Virus record (IMG/VR): IMGVR_UViG_3300009151_000001
Location: 32,001-96,000 of that record
Strand: one strand, 5' to 3'
DNA length: 64,000 nucleotides
Origin: a virus
Lineage: Duplodnaviria > Caudoviricetes
The position numbers and the translations under genes are program-made. This document shows positions 29,564-39,706 of the stretch, in pieces. Position 1 is the stretch's first letter. The number at the start of each line of letters is the position of its first letter. The notes below the pieces were generated by a model. That model was not told where the DNA came from, searched no databases, and saw only the letters and a program-made list of their open reading frames with translations.

Positions 29564-30337
29564 TTACAAAAATATTACACCCATATTAGGTTGTTCAAAC
29601 TCTTTCATTATTTCTATTACATCAATAACCTCACGATGTGTCACTGGTGACACCGGAACATTTATACCATTGTTTGATATAGTTGGTCTAAAATAATTTT
29701 TTAAATAATTATATAATACCAACCGATCATCAATGTATGAATAAGGATGTGACTCATCTAAAACGTCTGTCAACTTTTCAAACAACTCTAACACAGTTTT
29801 TGGAACGGATAAATCTAATTGTTTTTTTAATATACCAACTTGTGTTAGATTTAATATGTTTTCTATAAACAACAACTGACCTATAATACTTGATGTAGTT
29901 AGTTTATCAATAGGCATATTTATAAATGAGTCTATTGTTTCATCAATTTTTGATATATCTGATACAGTGTTTAATTGTGATTGTACAGATGCATCTATAT
30001 CACTGATAGTTAACCCTGTTCTCATTTTACAGATATTAGGTGTTCTGTTAATGATTATTTTATCCATATAACTTTTACCTAACACACATCTAAATCCAAA
30101 CGAGTTAACATAAGAATTAACCCATATTAATATATGACCTGATGTTGTATAATGAATACCTTGAACTACATCTTTAGTTGGAGTCATTCTATAATGTTCA
30201 AAAGAAATAGTATATCCATTTTTTGATAATGAGTCTTTTACACTATTTTTTACATCATTGTGTGATGTAAACCCATTTTTAGCAGGGCCACTATTTATAA
30301 TAGCTTCTTCTATTACATATCCTACTTTAAGAGGCAT
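29564..30337 (-). CDS. Hypothetical protein, weakly DUF932-like
   Basis: SH.DV...V and WVNSY patterns; weak resemblance only. Confidence 0.45.
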   Translation of the reverse strand: MPLKVGYVIEEAIINSGPAKNGFTSHNDVKNSVKDSLSKNGYTISFEHYRMTPTKDVVQGIHYTTSGHILIWVNSYVNSFGFRCVLGKSYMDKIIINRTPNICKMRTGLTISDIDASVQSQLNTVSDISKIDETIDSFINMPIDKLTTSSIIGQLLFIENILNLTQVGILKKQLDLSVPKTVLELFEKLTDVLDESHPYSYIDDRLVLYNYLKNYFRPTISNNGINVPVSPVTHREVIDVIEIMKEFEQPNMGVIFL

Positions 30338-30349
30338 AATCTATAATTT

Positions 30350-32275
30350 TTAAAATAATGATAATTGTTTAACGTTTCTGTTTTTTACCTTTTCTATCTG
30401 ATTGATTTCTTTATAAATAGCTTCTAGATAATAACTAAAATTAATGTCATAAGATTCAAACGGTTTATTAATATCTATCTCATTAGCTACTATTTGTCTC
30501 CATACACCAGCTTCTACTTGTAACTCTCTTCCGTCAGTATGACATTTTATAAGCTTAGTACCGCGATTAGATACATAATACCTAACAATCTTTTTAAGCT
30601 TTGTTACTTGTTGTTGATTATTAACAAAGTCTCTACCTTCATAATGCCATCCAGATTTAGCTTTTACACCTCCACAATAATCAAAAATGTTAGTGTTAGT
30701 TGCTAAGAAGTCTTCATGTTTTACACCATTAACAAAATACGCGTGGATAGCTTTAGGAATAATCAAGAAAGATTTATTCTTGTGTAACGTAGCTGTTTTC
30801 TTTTTATCAAGATCTTCCCACTCAAATCTACCTTTACATTTTACTTTACCTTTCTTATTTACCGCAATATAATTATTTACATCACCGATAACCATTTTGG
30901 TATATTCATCATGTTCAAGTTGAAGTTTAGTAAGTAGTTCCCATTGATGACATACTGACATATAAGTAGAAACCGCTGTAACAGGAATCATCATCTCTAA
31001 ACCATCTGTATTCTGCATAAGAGGTGCAGCATCAGGTATAGCTTCACACAACATCTCGTACAACATACTTAACAGTAGTTGTCCATTAATAGTGATTTGC
31101 ATGGTCATCTTAGGATCATAAAGAAAACTATTTTCATCACCAGATAAACCATATGTACTATTAAGAATAATCTTATACACGTAGTTTCTAGGATCTGTTT
31201 TAGGAATCTTCACTCTCTCATTAAAAAACCACTCATACTGTTCACAGAATTCTTTTTGAGGAAGATGTCCCGGATGAAAACCGTTACGAATAGCTAGATT
31301 AGGATAATAACTTGTAACATCTGAAGTCATAATAACCCATCCAGGTTTAGCTTCATACACACCCATATCTGCAGCTCCATGGATACCACCAAGTCCATAA
31401 TCAGTTTTAACTCCTCTATTTATAAGAGAATATTTAAACCCATCTTTAGTAGATGTAATAACTGTTTTTTTAAAAAAGTCGTGTAGCTTTTGAAACTCTA
31501 GAGTTTTAAACTTAACATAAGGAAGAATACAATCAGCTAACACTATATAACTACGCGGAGTACGCATGTCTTTTATAACACTTTTATCAAGTCCTGTCTT
31601 CTTAGAAAGAAAGAACATAAATAACTCTTTAGATATACGGGGTTCAGAAGCTGAATATAGATCTACACCGTATTCTGTAGTAAGAAGTGTTCTTAAACTT
31701 AGTTGTTCTTTTGATAAGTGTAAAATTTGTTTAGTACTCTTTACATCATTGACACAATAATCAACAATCATAGCTAGAGTCTTTTGATCGGGTACCGGTT
31801 CATAATGCGGATGAGGCATCTCTTCTACATTATACCAGTCCATAGAATACTGTATCCATTTAAGACTAGACATCTTGGCTTTATTATCCCAATGGTTCAT
31901 CTTAAAAAGATCAATACACTTAATCTTAAATTGTCTAGGACTAAACTCAGCAAATTCAGATCTGTTTTTACGATCTATAACATCTTGAGCGTGTTTATAT
32001 ATCCAGGAAGCAAGATCTTTTCCTGACATATGTATGAGTTTCTGTTTCTCTCTTAACAGTTTTTCAGTAATCTGAGCGTCAAAAGCTATACCGTTGAAAC
32101 TTATATGCCACTCGTTTTTAGTTATATTATTTTCTAAAAAAGATATTAAGTCTTTGAAATCATTCTGGTGTTCCCAGATAATAAACTTCTTTGTTTTATC
32201 CTCTTTGTAGTGTGTAAACACGGCTGTGAAAAGATTTATAATCGTTTCATAGTCCATTACGTAATGATCTGCCAT
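30350..32275 (-). CDS. polB: Family B DNA polymerase with 3'-5' exonuclease
   Basis: ExoI DYET, ExoII FNG..FD, ExoIII YCVND; polymerase motifs SDVTSYYP, KIILNSTYG, NTDG. Confidence 0.93.
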   Translation of the reverse strand: MADHYVMDYETIINLFTAVFTHYKEDKTKKFIIWEHQNDFKDLISFLENNITKNEWHISFNGIAFDAQITEKLLREKQKLIHMSGKDLASWIYKHAQDVIDRKNRSEFAEFSPRQFKIKCIDLFKMNHWDNKAKMSSLKWIQYSMDWYNVEEMPHPHYEPVPDQKTLAMIVDYCVNDVKSTKQILHLSKEQLSLRTLLTTEYGVDLYSASEPRISKELFMFFLSKKTGLDKSVIKDMRTPRSYIVLADCILPYVKFKTLEFQKLHDFFKKTVITSTKDGFKYSLINRGVKTDYGLGGIHGAADMGVYEAKPGWVIMTSDVTSYYPNLAIRNGFHPGHLPQKEFCEQYEWFFNERVKIPKTDPRNYVYKIILNSTYGLSGDENSFLYDPKMTMQITINGQLLLSMLYEMLCEAIPDAAPLMQNTDGLEMMIPVTAVSTYMSVCHQWELLTKLQLEHDEYTKMVIGDVNNYIAVNKKGKVKCKGRFEWEDLDKKKTATLHKNKSFLIIPKAIHAYFVNGVKHEDFLATNTNIFDYCGGVKAKSGWHYEGRDFVNNQQQVTKLKKIVRYYVSNRGTKLIKCHTDGRELQVEAGVWRQIVANEIDINKPFESYDINFSYYLEAIYKEINQIEKVKNRNVKQLSLF

Positions 32276-32313
32276 ATATATAATATTCAGTTAAGCTGTT
32301 TCCCCTTCTTAAG

Positions 32314-32343
32314 AAAAAAAAGGAGATCTAATTGATCTCCTTT
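32314..32343 (-). terminator. Intrinsic terminator with the same GGAGATC stem as 26071
   Basis: AAAGGAGATC-AATTA-GATCTCC followed by T8 on the minus strand. Confidence 0.8.
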
Positions 32344-32354
32344 GTTGGTTTATT

Positions 32355-32756
32355 TTAAACAGTGACAATAGACTTTTTGACCGCGGTATGATTGAAAGCT
32401 TCATCTAAAATACTAAGATCAAATGTATCAGTGTTTGTTGCAAACATTTGAACAAACTGTTTAATTTCATCTTCGTTACTTATAAAGTATTCATAGAAAG
32501 TTTCTAACGCTTTTCTTTCTTCAGCATAGTCTTTTCCATTAGCTCTCTTACCTATTTTCATAGCTGTAGGATCTCCCCATTCATTAAGTTTAGCCATCAT
32601 ATGAAAAGTTTCTTTCTTTTCTTTTCCAATAATAGCTAACACTTTATCTTCTGGATCAAATATTACCTCGTTGTACGGACAAATTGGTGACACTGGAATC
32701 ATCTTGAAAGTCTTTCTAACTCCCCAAGATGATGTAATCAAAATCATTGACTTCAT
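32355..32756 (-). CDS. Hypothetical protein (likely start MKSMILI)
   Basis: ATG just downstream of the promoter at 32778-32808. Confidence 0.65.
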   Translation of the reverse strand: MKSMILITSSWGVRKTFKMIPVSPICPYNEVIFDPEDKVLAIIGKEKKETFHMMAKLNEWGDPTAMKIGKRANGKDYAEERKALETFYEYFISNEDEIKQFVQMFATNTDTFDLSILDEAFNHTAVKKSIVTV

Positions 32757-32777
32757 AAATCTAAACTTTATTTTTTG

Positions 32778-32808
32778 CAAAGCTACTTATTTTACATCAA
32801 TACTCAAA
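32778..32808 (-). promoter_or_regulatory. Bacteroidota sigma-A-type promoter
   Basis: TTTG-N19-TAGCTTTG matches the -33 TTTG / -7 TAnnTTTG consensus. Confidence 0.75.
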
Positions 32809-33320
32809 GTTTCTTTTTCAATATCGTATTTATCACACAATTCTCCAACTTCTTTAAGTACGCTCACTTTTACATTCAGAAGTTTAGCATACACATCCAT
32901 GTATTTTTCTGGATACAGATAAGTTTTCATATAGAGGTACTCTGATGATAGAGGACCAAAATAATCTTTAATGTGTGATTTCATATCTTTAGATAATTTA
33001 GAATACTTTCCTTCTAGAAAATACTTCCAATCTTCTTTATACTCTGTAAATTTAAACATGTATAGTTTAAACCCATCAGCTTCAATCACATATTCAAACA
33101 ACTTATTGGATTGTAATACGTTCTTTTCAAATGTTTTAAAGACACTAGTGTCTTCAGCTTTATACGCACATACTAATATCATATCCTCCACTCCTATTTT
33201 ATCTTTAATAGACAAGTATACACCAGCCGGTGTAAAAGGATTTTTCTTATTTATACCAAGTGCGGGAAATAAAAAAGATCTAGATTTTTGAAAATATTTA
33301 TCGTATAAGCTACTAATCAT
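32787..33320 (-). CDS. Hypothetical protein
   Basis: Operonic ORF beside the exonuclease. Confidence 0.65.
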   Translation of the reverse strand: MISSLYDKYFQKSRSFLFPALGINKKNPFTPAGVYLSIKDKIGVEDMILVCAYKAEDTSVFKTFEKNVLQSNKLFEYVIEADGFKLYMFKFTEYKEDWKYFLEGKYSKLSKDMKSHIKDYFGPLSSEYLYMKTYLYPEKYMDVYAKLLNVKVSVLKEVGELCDKYDIEKETLSIDVK

Positions 33321-33330
33321 AATTTGTTAT

Positions 33331-34350
33331 TTATAAAACTACGTTTCCTACAGCAAAGTCGTATGGAAGACTATAGTCTTTATTTATATAATGCCACTCA
33401 GCTTTGTTCAAGACCTCTTTCATTCTTTCTAACCAGCTGTTCATTGTTAAATCACTCACTTTAAAAGGATATACTAAAAATGATTTATCTATTACAATAA
33501 AACGAAACTCCACTTTATAACCAGCATCTATAAGACGCGCGTAATTAACGTGAACTAATGACATATATACAACAGCTTGTAACCAATAAGAATAAAACTC
33601 TACAGTTTCTGAAAAATCTTTTAGTTCTTTACTTGTTGTTTTAATATCATTAATACGTATTACTTTTTTATCATTATCAATTACAAGATTATCCAATATA
33701 CCTTTAATTCCAAAAGGTTTACCGGCAACATTCATTGAGAGTTCTATTTCACTATATACTTCAACATCATCAAAATCAGTAGCGCTACATCCTATAAGGT
33801 TACATATCAAACTGTCTTGCTTTATCAAATCAACAGCTTCTTTACAGTAGTTGTAATCCTCTACAGATATTAAAGATTTTCCTTTCTTTTGTTTTAAAAA
33901 ACTCCAGTATGATTTTGTTTCAGAAGTGATTATTTTATCAAATCTTTGATCATCTGTTTTTAAACTTTGATGTAGATTCATATCTGTCAATACATCAAGG
34001 ATTGCGTTTTTAAATTCATCTAAGTTTTCTCTTCCATCATCAGACAACTCTGAGTAATGTTTAAAAACTCTATCCACTACAGCTTTTGTATTACCTGTAG
34101 GAAGAGTATCGGGAGAAACAACAAACAATTTTTCAAAGTTATGTTCTTCTAATAACAAACAATGTACAAGTTTACCTTGTACTAAATGGTTATCCAACTT
34201 TTCTTCTTTGTTTCCTAATATATAGGATTGATAGAAAAACGCGGGATTCCACATCAGTTGTTTTAAAGAACTATAACTAAACATCATTTGTTTACTATAG
34301 AACTCATTTTGTAAATGTTCCATAGTTTCTCTTAATAAATCCTCAAGCAT
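33331..34350 (-). CDS. PD-(D/E)XK exonuclease (RecB/Cas4/DUF3799-like)
   Basis: FSYSSLK, G.LVHCLLLE, SE, KGILDNL, INDIKTT, YWLQAVVY. Confidence 0.8.
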   Translation of the reverse strand: MLEDLLRETMEHLQNEFYSKQMMFSYSSLKQLMWNPAFFYQSYILGNKEEKLDNHLVQGKLVHCLLLEEHNFEKLFVVSPDTLPTGNTKAVVDRVFKHYSELSDDGRENLDEFKNAILDVLTDMNLHQSLKTDDQRFDKIITSETKSYWSFLKQKKGKSLISVEDYNYCKEAVDLIKQDSLICNLIGCSATDFDDVEVYSEIELSMNVAGKPFGIKGILDNLVIDNDKKVIRINDIKTTSKELKDFSETVEFYSYWLQAVVYMSLVHVNYARLIDAGYKVEFRFIVIDKSFLVYPFKVSDLTMNSWLERMKEVLNKAEWHYINKDYSLPYDFAVGNVVL

Positions 34351-34362
34351 ATATTTTATTTT

Positions 34363-34551
34363 TTATAATTTGTTAGATTCAGCTTTTTTCCATAAGCCTT
34401 TTTCTTCTAGAAAAATACGAATTCTATTACCTGTTCTAAAATCTGTAGTAAAAGCTTCTGTAAGTTCTAGAAATCTATACACCTCGCAGAGTTCTTCTTT
34501 CACTTTACCTATATCATCTTCTGATAACATACCATCTAAGAATTTACTCAT
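34363..34551 (-). CDS. Small hypothetical protein
   Basis: Start overlaps the stop of the upstream gene. Confidence 0.55.
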   Translation of the reverse strand: MSKFLDGMLSEDDIGKVKEELCEVYRFLELTEAFTTDFRTGNRIRIFLEEKGLWKKAESNKL

Positions 34552-34934
34552 TTCTTTCTATCTTTTTGTGTTTTAATGTTATGACAGTGGATACACAAAG
34601 TTTGTAGATTTTCTTTCTCACAAAACAGTCTAGATACAAATCCTTCTAAATCAGCTCCAGATGTTAAAGATCTCGCTGGTATAATGTGATCAATGTTAAT
34701 ATCTTTCTCCATAAACCACTCTTTACAAATGTTACATTGGTATTCATACTTTTGTCTTTTGTTAACTCCTTTATAAATACGTCTTGCTTCTAGTTTAACC
34801 TGTGTTATAGGTGGCCACCATCTACTTTTTTGTCTAAGAGCGCTTCTGATGAAAGTCCAGTACACAGCTTCACTCATTGTACCACCAGCTCTTGTTTTAG
34901 CAACTCTAGATTTCACTACTTTCTTTGCTTTCAT
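34548..34934 (-). CDS. Zn-binding HNH endonuclease
   Basis: CNIC, IDHIIP, NLQTLCIHCHNIKT. Confidence 0.85.
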   Translation of the reverse strand: MKAKKVVKSRVAKTRAGGTMSEAVYWTFIRSALRQKSRWWPPITQVKLEARRIYKGVNKRQKYEYQCNICKEWFMEKDINIDHIIPARSLTSGADLEGFVSRLFCEKENLQTLCIHCHNIKTQKDRKK

Positions 34935-35916
34935 CCGGCAAAGATATAAGTTTATCTATTATTGGAACAAGTCTATTTCTAACTTGTAAAGGTCCATGAT
35001 CACGAATACTATCTGAAGGATCTTTACTCATTGGTAGATAACATACATGAATATAATGATATGTTTCTTTATACTTTACCATAGCTGCTTTACCTGGTTC
35101 ATCATTATCAAACATTACAAGAATCTTCTTATAGTTTAAACGATAGATTTCCATATCAGCTGCTTTAATCAAAGTGTTTTCAGAATCAGGAGCTATTATA
35201 TCTATATTCTTAAGCTTCAGACTTTTAATAGCCATTATATCTTTAAGACTAGATGTTATTAACAAAAACTGATTTAAATTAATTTGATCAAATCCTTGAA
35301 TATAATCTTTAACTTTAATAAATTTTTTATCCAAAGTTTTGGGTTGGTATATTTTATACAAACTTCCATCTTTTCTAAAATATCCATATAAATAACTACC
35401 TCTGATAGTTAGTGTAATAGGACCCGCGTCTGTAGTTTTTTCCATAAGATAACTTTCAAGCGGTCTTACATTATGTTCTGTAAGAAGCTTTGATCCTATG
35501 TTAAACTGAGTCCAGAAATATTGATCTTTAGATGTCCAGGATCTAAACACTACAGATGTCACCTTATATCTTGATGACACTTTAAACTTTGACATATTAT
35601 ATCCTCCATTATTATGAAGAACAAAGTCATTGTAATTTTCTATAATGATTTCAGATGCTTTATGAAAAGGAACGTTATATAGTTCTTTTACAAGATCTAC
35701 AGCGGATCCTCCTTTACCTGTAGAGAAATCCTTAAATCTATATTGACCACTTGTACAGTAAATAGAAAAACTAGGTGTTCTTTCTTCAGGATTAAATATA
35801 CTTTTAATCTTTACTTCAGAACCATCTAATTTATGTTTCAGTTTACAGAAGTGTTCAAATATCCAAGGAATAGGTATCTGCTTTACATCATTTACAAGAT
35901 TCTTAGTGTTAAACAT
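34906..35916 (-). CDS. DNA primase (DnaG/TOPRIM, crAss-like variant)
   Basis: ERTPSF...FKDFSTGKGG N-terminal domain, ITSSLKD, APDSE, MFDNDEPG, KDPSD. Confidence 0.85.
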   Translation of the reverse strand: MFNTKNLVNDVKQIPIPWIFEHFCKLKHKLDGSEVKIKSIFNPEERTPSFSIYCTSGQYRFKDFSTGKGGSAVDLVKELYNVPFHKASEIIIENYNDFVLHNNGGYNMSKFKVSSRYKVTSVVFRSWTSKDQYFWTQFNIGSKLLTEHNVRPLESYLMEKTTDAGPITLTIRGSYLYGYFRKDGSLYKIYQPKTLDKKFIKVKDYIQGFDQINLNQFLLITSSLKDIMAIKSLKLKNIDIIAPDSENTLIKAADMEIYRLNYKKILVMFDNDEPGKAAMVKYKETYHYIHVCYLPMSKDPSDSIRDHGPLQVRNRLVPIIDKLISLPDESKESSEI

Positions 35917-35985
35917 AAAAACAATTTAAAAAAATAGGGGATCCCTATTAAAGAATCCCCCTTTTTTAATCAATAGCAACAATGA

Positions 35986-36606
35986 TTACATATCGAAATC
36001 AGAACCAGCGTCAAAACTTGCTACAGGTATAGATGGAGCTAAAGCTTTGTAATGATATATGTTAGTTTTATCAAATACATCAAGCTTACTTATGTCTTTA
36101 GCTACATATTTATACTTAGGAAGAGAAAGTTTAACGATGGTTTTACCATTATATTCTTCTTCTGTTCCTTTTAAAAACCAATTAAGATCATGTCCTTTTA
36201 ATACATCAATAGCTTTATCAACCCAAGTTTCAATATTTGTAATATTATGCTTTTGACCAATCTCATCAATTTCTTTTCTCAAACCTAGTTGATCAGAAAT
36301 AAATACAAGCTTACTTAAGATTTCGTTTTTAGCAAGTTCTTGACTATTATACTCAGCTGTATAAACAGTAGCTACTACTTTACCAGTAGGACCAGCATAC
36401 TTAGGACCAGTTGGGTTATCTTTATCAATTGGCCATCCTTCGAAGTCAGGAACTATTTCCCCTTCTAATAAAAGATCCAACACTTTCTTATCACCTTTTG
36501 ATGATGTTCTTACTAAGCCACTTAAAATATGGGCTTTTACTACTCCTGGTGTTAGACTCTTTGATCCACCACCACTTTTTACTTCTTGTCCTTGTGTACT
36601 AAACAT
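35986..36606 (-). CDS. Putative single-stranded DNA-binding protein
   Basis: Between the ATPase and primase; acidic/aromatic tail FDAGSDFDM. Confidence 0.5.
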   Translation of the reverse strand: MFSTQGQEVKSGGGSKSLTPGVVKAHILSGLVRTSSKGDKKVLDLLLEGEIVPDFEGWPIDKDNPTGPKYAGPTGKVVATVYTAEYNSQELAKNEILSKLVFISDQLGLRKEIDEIGQKHNITNIETWVDKAIDVLKGHDLNWFLKGTEEEYNGKTIVKLSLPKYKYVAKDISKLDVFDKTNIYHYKALAPSIPVASFDAGSDFDM

Positions 36607-36617
36607 GTGTGTTTTTT

Positions 36618-36833
36618 TTAATTTTCGTAATCAATAATTCCTTTTCTAACCAGTTCTAAATCATTAGGTATTTCTAATGTTAGAAACATTCCTCTCGGAG
36701 ATTTACATGTGTTATCTCCTGTTGTTTGAGTTTCAAATACATAACGAATTGTTCCATCTTTATCTTTTTTAACTTTACCAAACAACACTATAGAAAATAA
36801 ACCTTCGAGTGTAAGTTTCTCATCAACCATTTT
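36618..36833 (-). CDS. AAA_24/Sak4-like ATPase, exon 2
   Basis: Splicing gives KTIG|KMVDEKLTLEGLFSIVLF and KSPRGMF, conserved motifs of the family. Confidence 0.85.
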   Translation of the reverse strand, partial: KMVDEKLTLEGLFSIVLFGKVKKDKDGTIRYVFETQTTGDNTCKSPRGMFLTLEIPNDLELVRKGIIDYEN

Positions 36834-37210
36834 CTTTTTACACCTTTTATTTCTAAAAGGAATAGACTATATCTCTTAACTTTTGTATTTCCATATCAAA
36901 CCACAAGCCGACTTGGTTCTTTGTCGACATACATTTGAGATTTGACCTCTTCTACAGTTATATACAAAACTATCGGTAAAATACAAAATTTAACTTACCA
37001 TTTCCCCTAAAGTTTTCACTAACTTTAGAGTACTCCCCATCACAGGGATAGTCGTTGAACTTTATTCCTCAACACCACTTGTAGGAATCTTAGCTGCTGA
37101 TTGTCCAATCTTCATCTCTTTTACTATAGTAGAATCATTACTGTTCTACAGAGTGTATGAAGCTCTAAGGATATTCCAGTCAATTAGATAAGTACGGGCA
37201 AAATGTCTTC
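36834..37210 (-). mobile_element. Group I intron (377 nt) in the AAA_24 ATPase gene, with an HEG remnant
   Basis: 5' exon ends in U, intron ends in G; P AATTGACTGGAA, Q AATCAGCAG, R GTTCAACGACTA, S GAGATATAGTC; P10 CATTTT pairs with exon AAAATG. Confidence 0.9.
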
Positions 37211-37678
37211 ACCGATTGTTTTAGCTTTCACCTTACGTTTACCTTCTATATCTACGCTTTCTTCAGCGTGTGTTAAATAAAAAACAGTTAGGTCTTCTCT
37301 CAAATTCTGAGGAAGTCTGGATAATTTAGATAATTTACCACCAATTTGAGTAAATTTTTCATACCCTTTTTCATTTATCTTATCAAAAAACTCAAATGAA
37401 CTTACATACTGAAAATCATCTATAACAATAGTGGTGATTTCAGGACGCTTTTCATTTACATACTTGATACAAGCTTCAATACTTTCAGCATCATGTCTAC
37501 TGATAATATTACCTTTAGGACTATCTTTACTCCAAGCTACATATTTAGACTTCCATCCTTTAAATGGAAGTGGTTTATTAGCTACATTGATTATAAAAGT
37601 CTCAGAAGGATTTAGACTTTCAATACTTGTACTTTTTCCGGAACCTGATTCCGCAATAATTAAAACACCTCTTCCCAT
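37211..37678 (-). CDS. AAA_24/Sak4-like ATPase, exon 1
   Basis: Walker A AESGSGKST, KPLPFKG, Walker B IVIDD. Confidence 0.85.
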
Positions 37679-37683
37679 AATTT

Positions 37684-38295
37684 TTACTTCTGATTTTTGA
37701 TTAAATCGTTTAACCAATGTTTGTTTGATACTGGATTACCCGTGTGTATCGCATAATAATCTCTTATTGTCATATCTGAATAAGGAGCATCATCTACAGA
37801 TGTAGAAGATATAGATATAGGAGCTTTGAAGAAAGTAACCGCGGGATTTTTAGTTTCTTGTTTACTGTTTTTCAAAACACTATCACTACTTATCGCTGCA
37901 GACGATTTAGATATAGCAACTGATGTTGGGTTAACAATTCTTAATTCTTCTAATGGAACATAATACGAACCTCTTTCATTAAGTTCATACTCATCTTCAA
38001 AATGTGGATTATAAGGAACTCTATATACAGTTCTTTCGTTTGTAATAGGTTTATAATCTCTACCAATTACTTCAATATACAATCCTGATGGTCTTCTAAA
38101 CTCACTTGGGAAGATTCCCACTACTGTTTTGTTTAGATATTTACCAGTGCTTGAATAAAAAGCCATCTTCATCTGAAAATCACCTGGAGTAATACCAAGA
38201 TCTTTAATAAGATCAGCATGATACTCTCTAATAGTTTTTAACTGATGAACTTTGTAATCCGCCTCTGTAGCGAAACCTTCAAAAATACCTGACAT
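37684..38295 (-). CDS. Hypothetical protein
   Basis: Operonic ORF; C-terminal MTIRDYYAIH motif. Confidence 0.65.
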   Translation of the reverse strand: MSGIFEGFATEADYKVHQLKTIREYHADLIKDLGITPGDFQMKMAFYSSTGKYLNKTVVGIFPSEFRRPSGLYIEVIGRDYKPITNERTVYRVPYNPHFEDEYELNERGSYYVPLEELRIVNPTSVAISKSSAAISSDSVLKNSKQETKNPAVTFFKAPISISSTSVDDAPYSDMTIRDYYAIHTGNPVSNKHWLNDLIKNQK

Positions 38296-38320
38296 GTGTA
38301 ATGTGTTAATGTGAAAAATG

Positions 38321-38590
38321 TTAAGTGGTGCGCCATTTTACAGCTTTAGCTCCTCCACTATTAGGAGCTGAGCTTACTACTGGAGGAGCGACTTCTATCA
38401 TTCTACCACGATTGAACTCTGCTTTCATAAAAACAAGATTACTGTTGTTAGGACTGTTTCTTGATTTAATAATATGCATTGCGATATCATCACTTGTCAT
38501 AATATAACCATTAGGACCATACACTGGTACATCAGCTATAAAAGGACGGTTCATAACACTCACCATATCTGAACATTGCATAAGAGCGTC
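38321..38590 (-). CDS. dnaB: DnaB-like replicative helicase, exon 2
   Basis: Spliced junction SDIFGG|DALMQCSD (H4 motif); IIKSRN. Confidence 0.85.
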   Translation of the reverse strand, partial: DALMQCSDMVSVMNRPFIADVPVYGPNGYIMTSDDIAMHIIKSRNSPNNSNLVFMKAEFNRGRMIEVAPPVVSSAPNSGGAKAVKWRTT

Positions 38591-38908
38591 CATTTTATTA
38601 TCTTAAAGGCTCTTTATCCTTTAATTCTTATAGTTACTCTTCCTATAAGATTAGACTATATCTTAGGTTGTTACATCAACCCCGGGATTTCGTGGATATT
38701 TTATCCGTTCTGGATTACTTTATCTAGTCGTTGCTCCTTTTCTATATTCCTATAGAAAGTGGATCAGGATTTGGATTTTCACCATTCCCTGAATTAACCC
38801 CGTTTTTTATAATTTGGTTACACTTTAAAACTATATTAGTAAAAAGTGTGTCTATATTAATATAGACGTTATGTAAAAACCAAACTAATGGTGGCAATTG
38901 CTCTGTTC
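38591..38908 (-). mobile_element. ORF-less group I intron (318 nt) in dnaB
   Basis: P1: exon GGTGGT pairs with IGS GCCACC, with a U.G at the splice site; P10 AGAGC/GCTCT; P AATTCAGGGAA, Q AATCCTGA, R GCAACGACTA, S AAGATATAGTC; terminal G. Confidence 0.92.
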
Positions 38909-39652
38909 ACCACCAAATATATCAGAACTAGTTGGATAATTAGCTATGTTACCTGGTAATTTTCTTACCGCGTCATCAATACCTCTGTTAAGTTGACTTA
39001 ACATGATAATAATAACTGGTAAATCTCTTTTAACATTCATCAAAGTTTCAGCCGTGTTGTAAAGAGTAGAAATCTTCTCCTTTTCTGTTATGGACTGTTT
39101 AATTAACCAACTATGATCTATAGTGACAATAAGAGGTTTACCACCCATCAGATTATAATAATGATGGATAGCCTTCTCAATATCCTTATGACCCATTGAT
39201 TGACTAATTAAATAACGCATAATACCTAGCTTTTCTAAAGCTATAGTATCATGTAAATGTTGGATCATTTGTTTATGAGCAAAGTCTTCTAGTTCTCTAT
39301 ACGCACTAAGAACAGTGTTGTAATCTAGAGCTGTCTCTGCAGCGAAAGCTCTTGAAGCATACTGTTTAGTACCCATTTCAAACTGAAACTCTAAAATACT
39401 AAAATCCATTTTAGGATTTAACATTCTAGACTCTCTTAGAATTTGACTTACAATCATAGTTTTACCAGATCCGGGTCTAGCACCTATAGTCCATAGGGAG
39501 CCCCACTCTAAACCATTTACTCCGGAACTATTAATTCCGTTCCATGGTGTCAAAAAAGAAACGTTTTTACCTTTCTTTCTATCTTCTACATAAATCAGAC
39601 CTTCCCTAAGAATTTCCGAATACCTTTTTCCGCCAAATATTTCATTATCCAT
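38909..39652 (-). CDS. dnaB: DnaB-like replicative helicase, exon 1
   Basis: GARPGSGKT, FEM, TIDH, LSQLNR. Confidence 0.9.
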
Positions 39653-39672
39653 ACACGGTATTAGGGGGTTTG

Positions 39673-39703
39673 CAAATATAAACTATTCATTTTAACCAAC
39701 AAA
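39673..39703 (-). promoter_or_regulatory. Bacteroidota sigma-A-type promoter for dnaB
   Basis: TTTG-N19-TATATTTG, ~20 nt upstream of the ATG. Confidence 0.8.
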
Positions 39704-39706
39704 TAA

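Noticed and set aside
37184-37210. ORF tails EDILPVLI (AAA_24), EQSNCHH (DnaB) and N* (MoxR) as real C-termini or pseudogene breaks
   Set aside because: They are read-through into group I introns; splicing restores the conserved motifs
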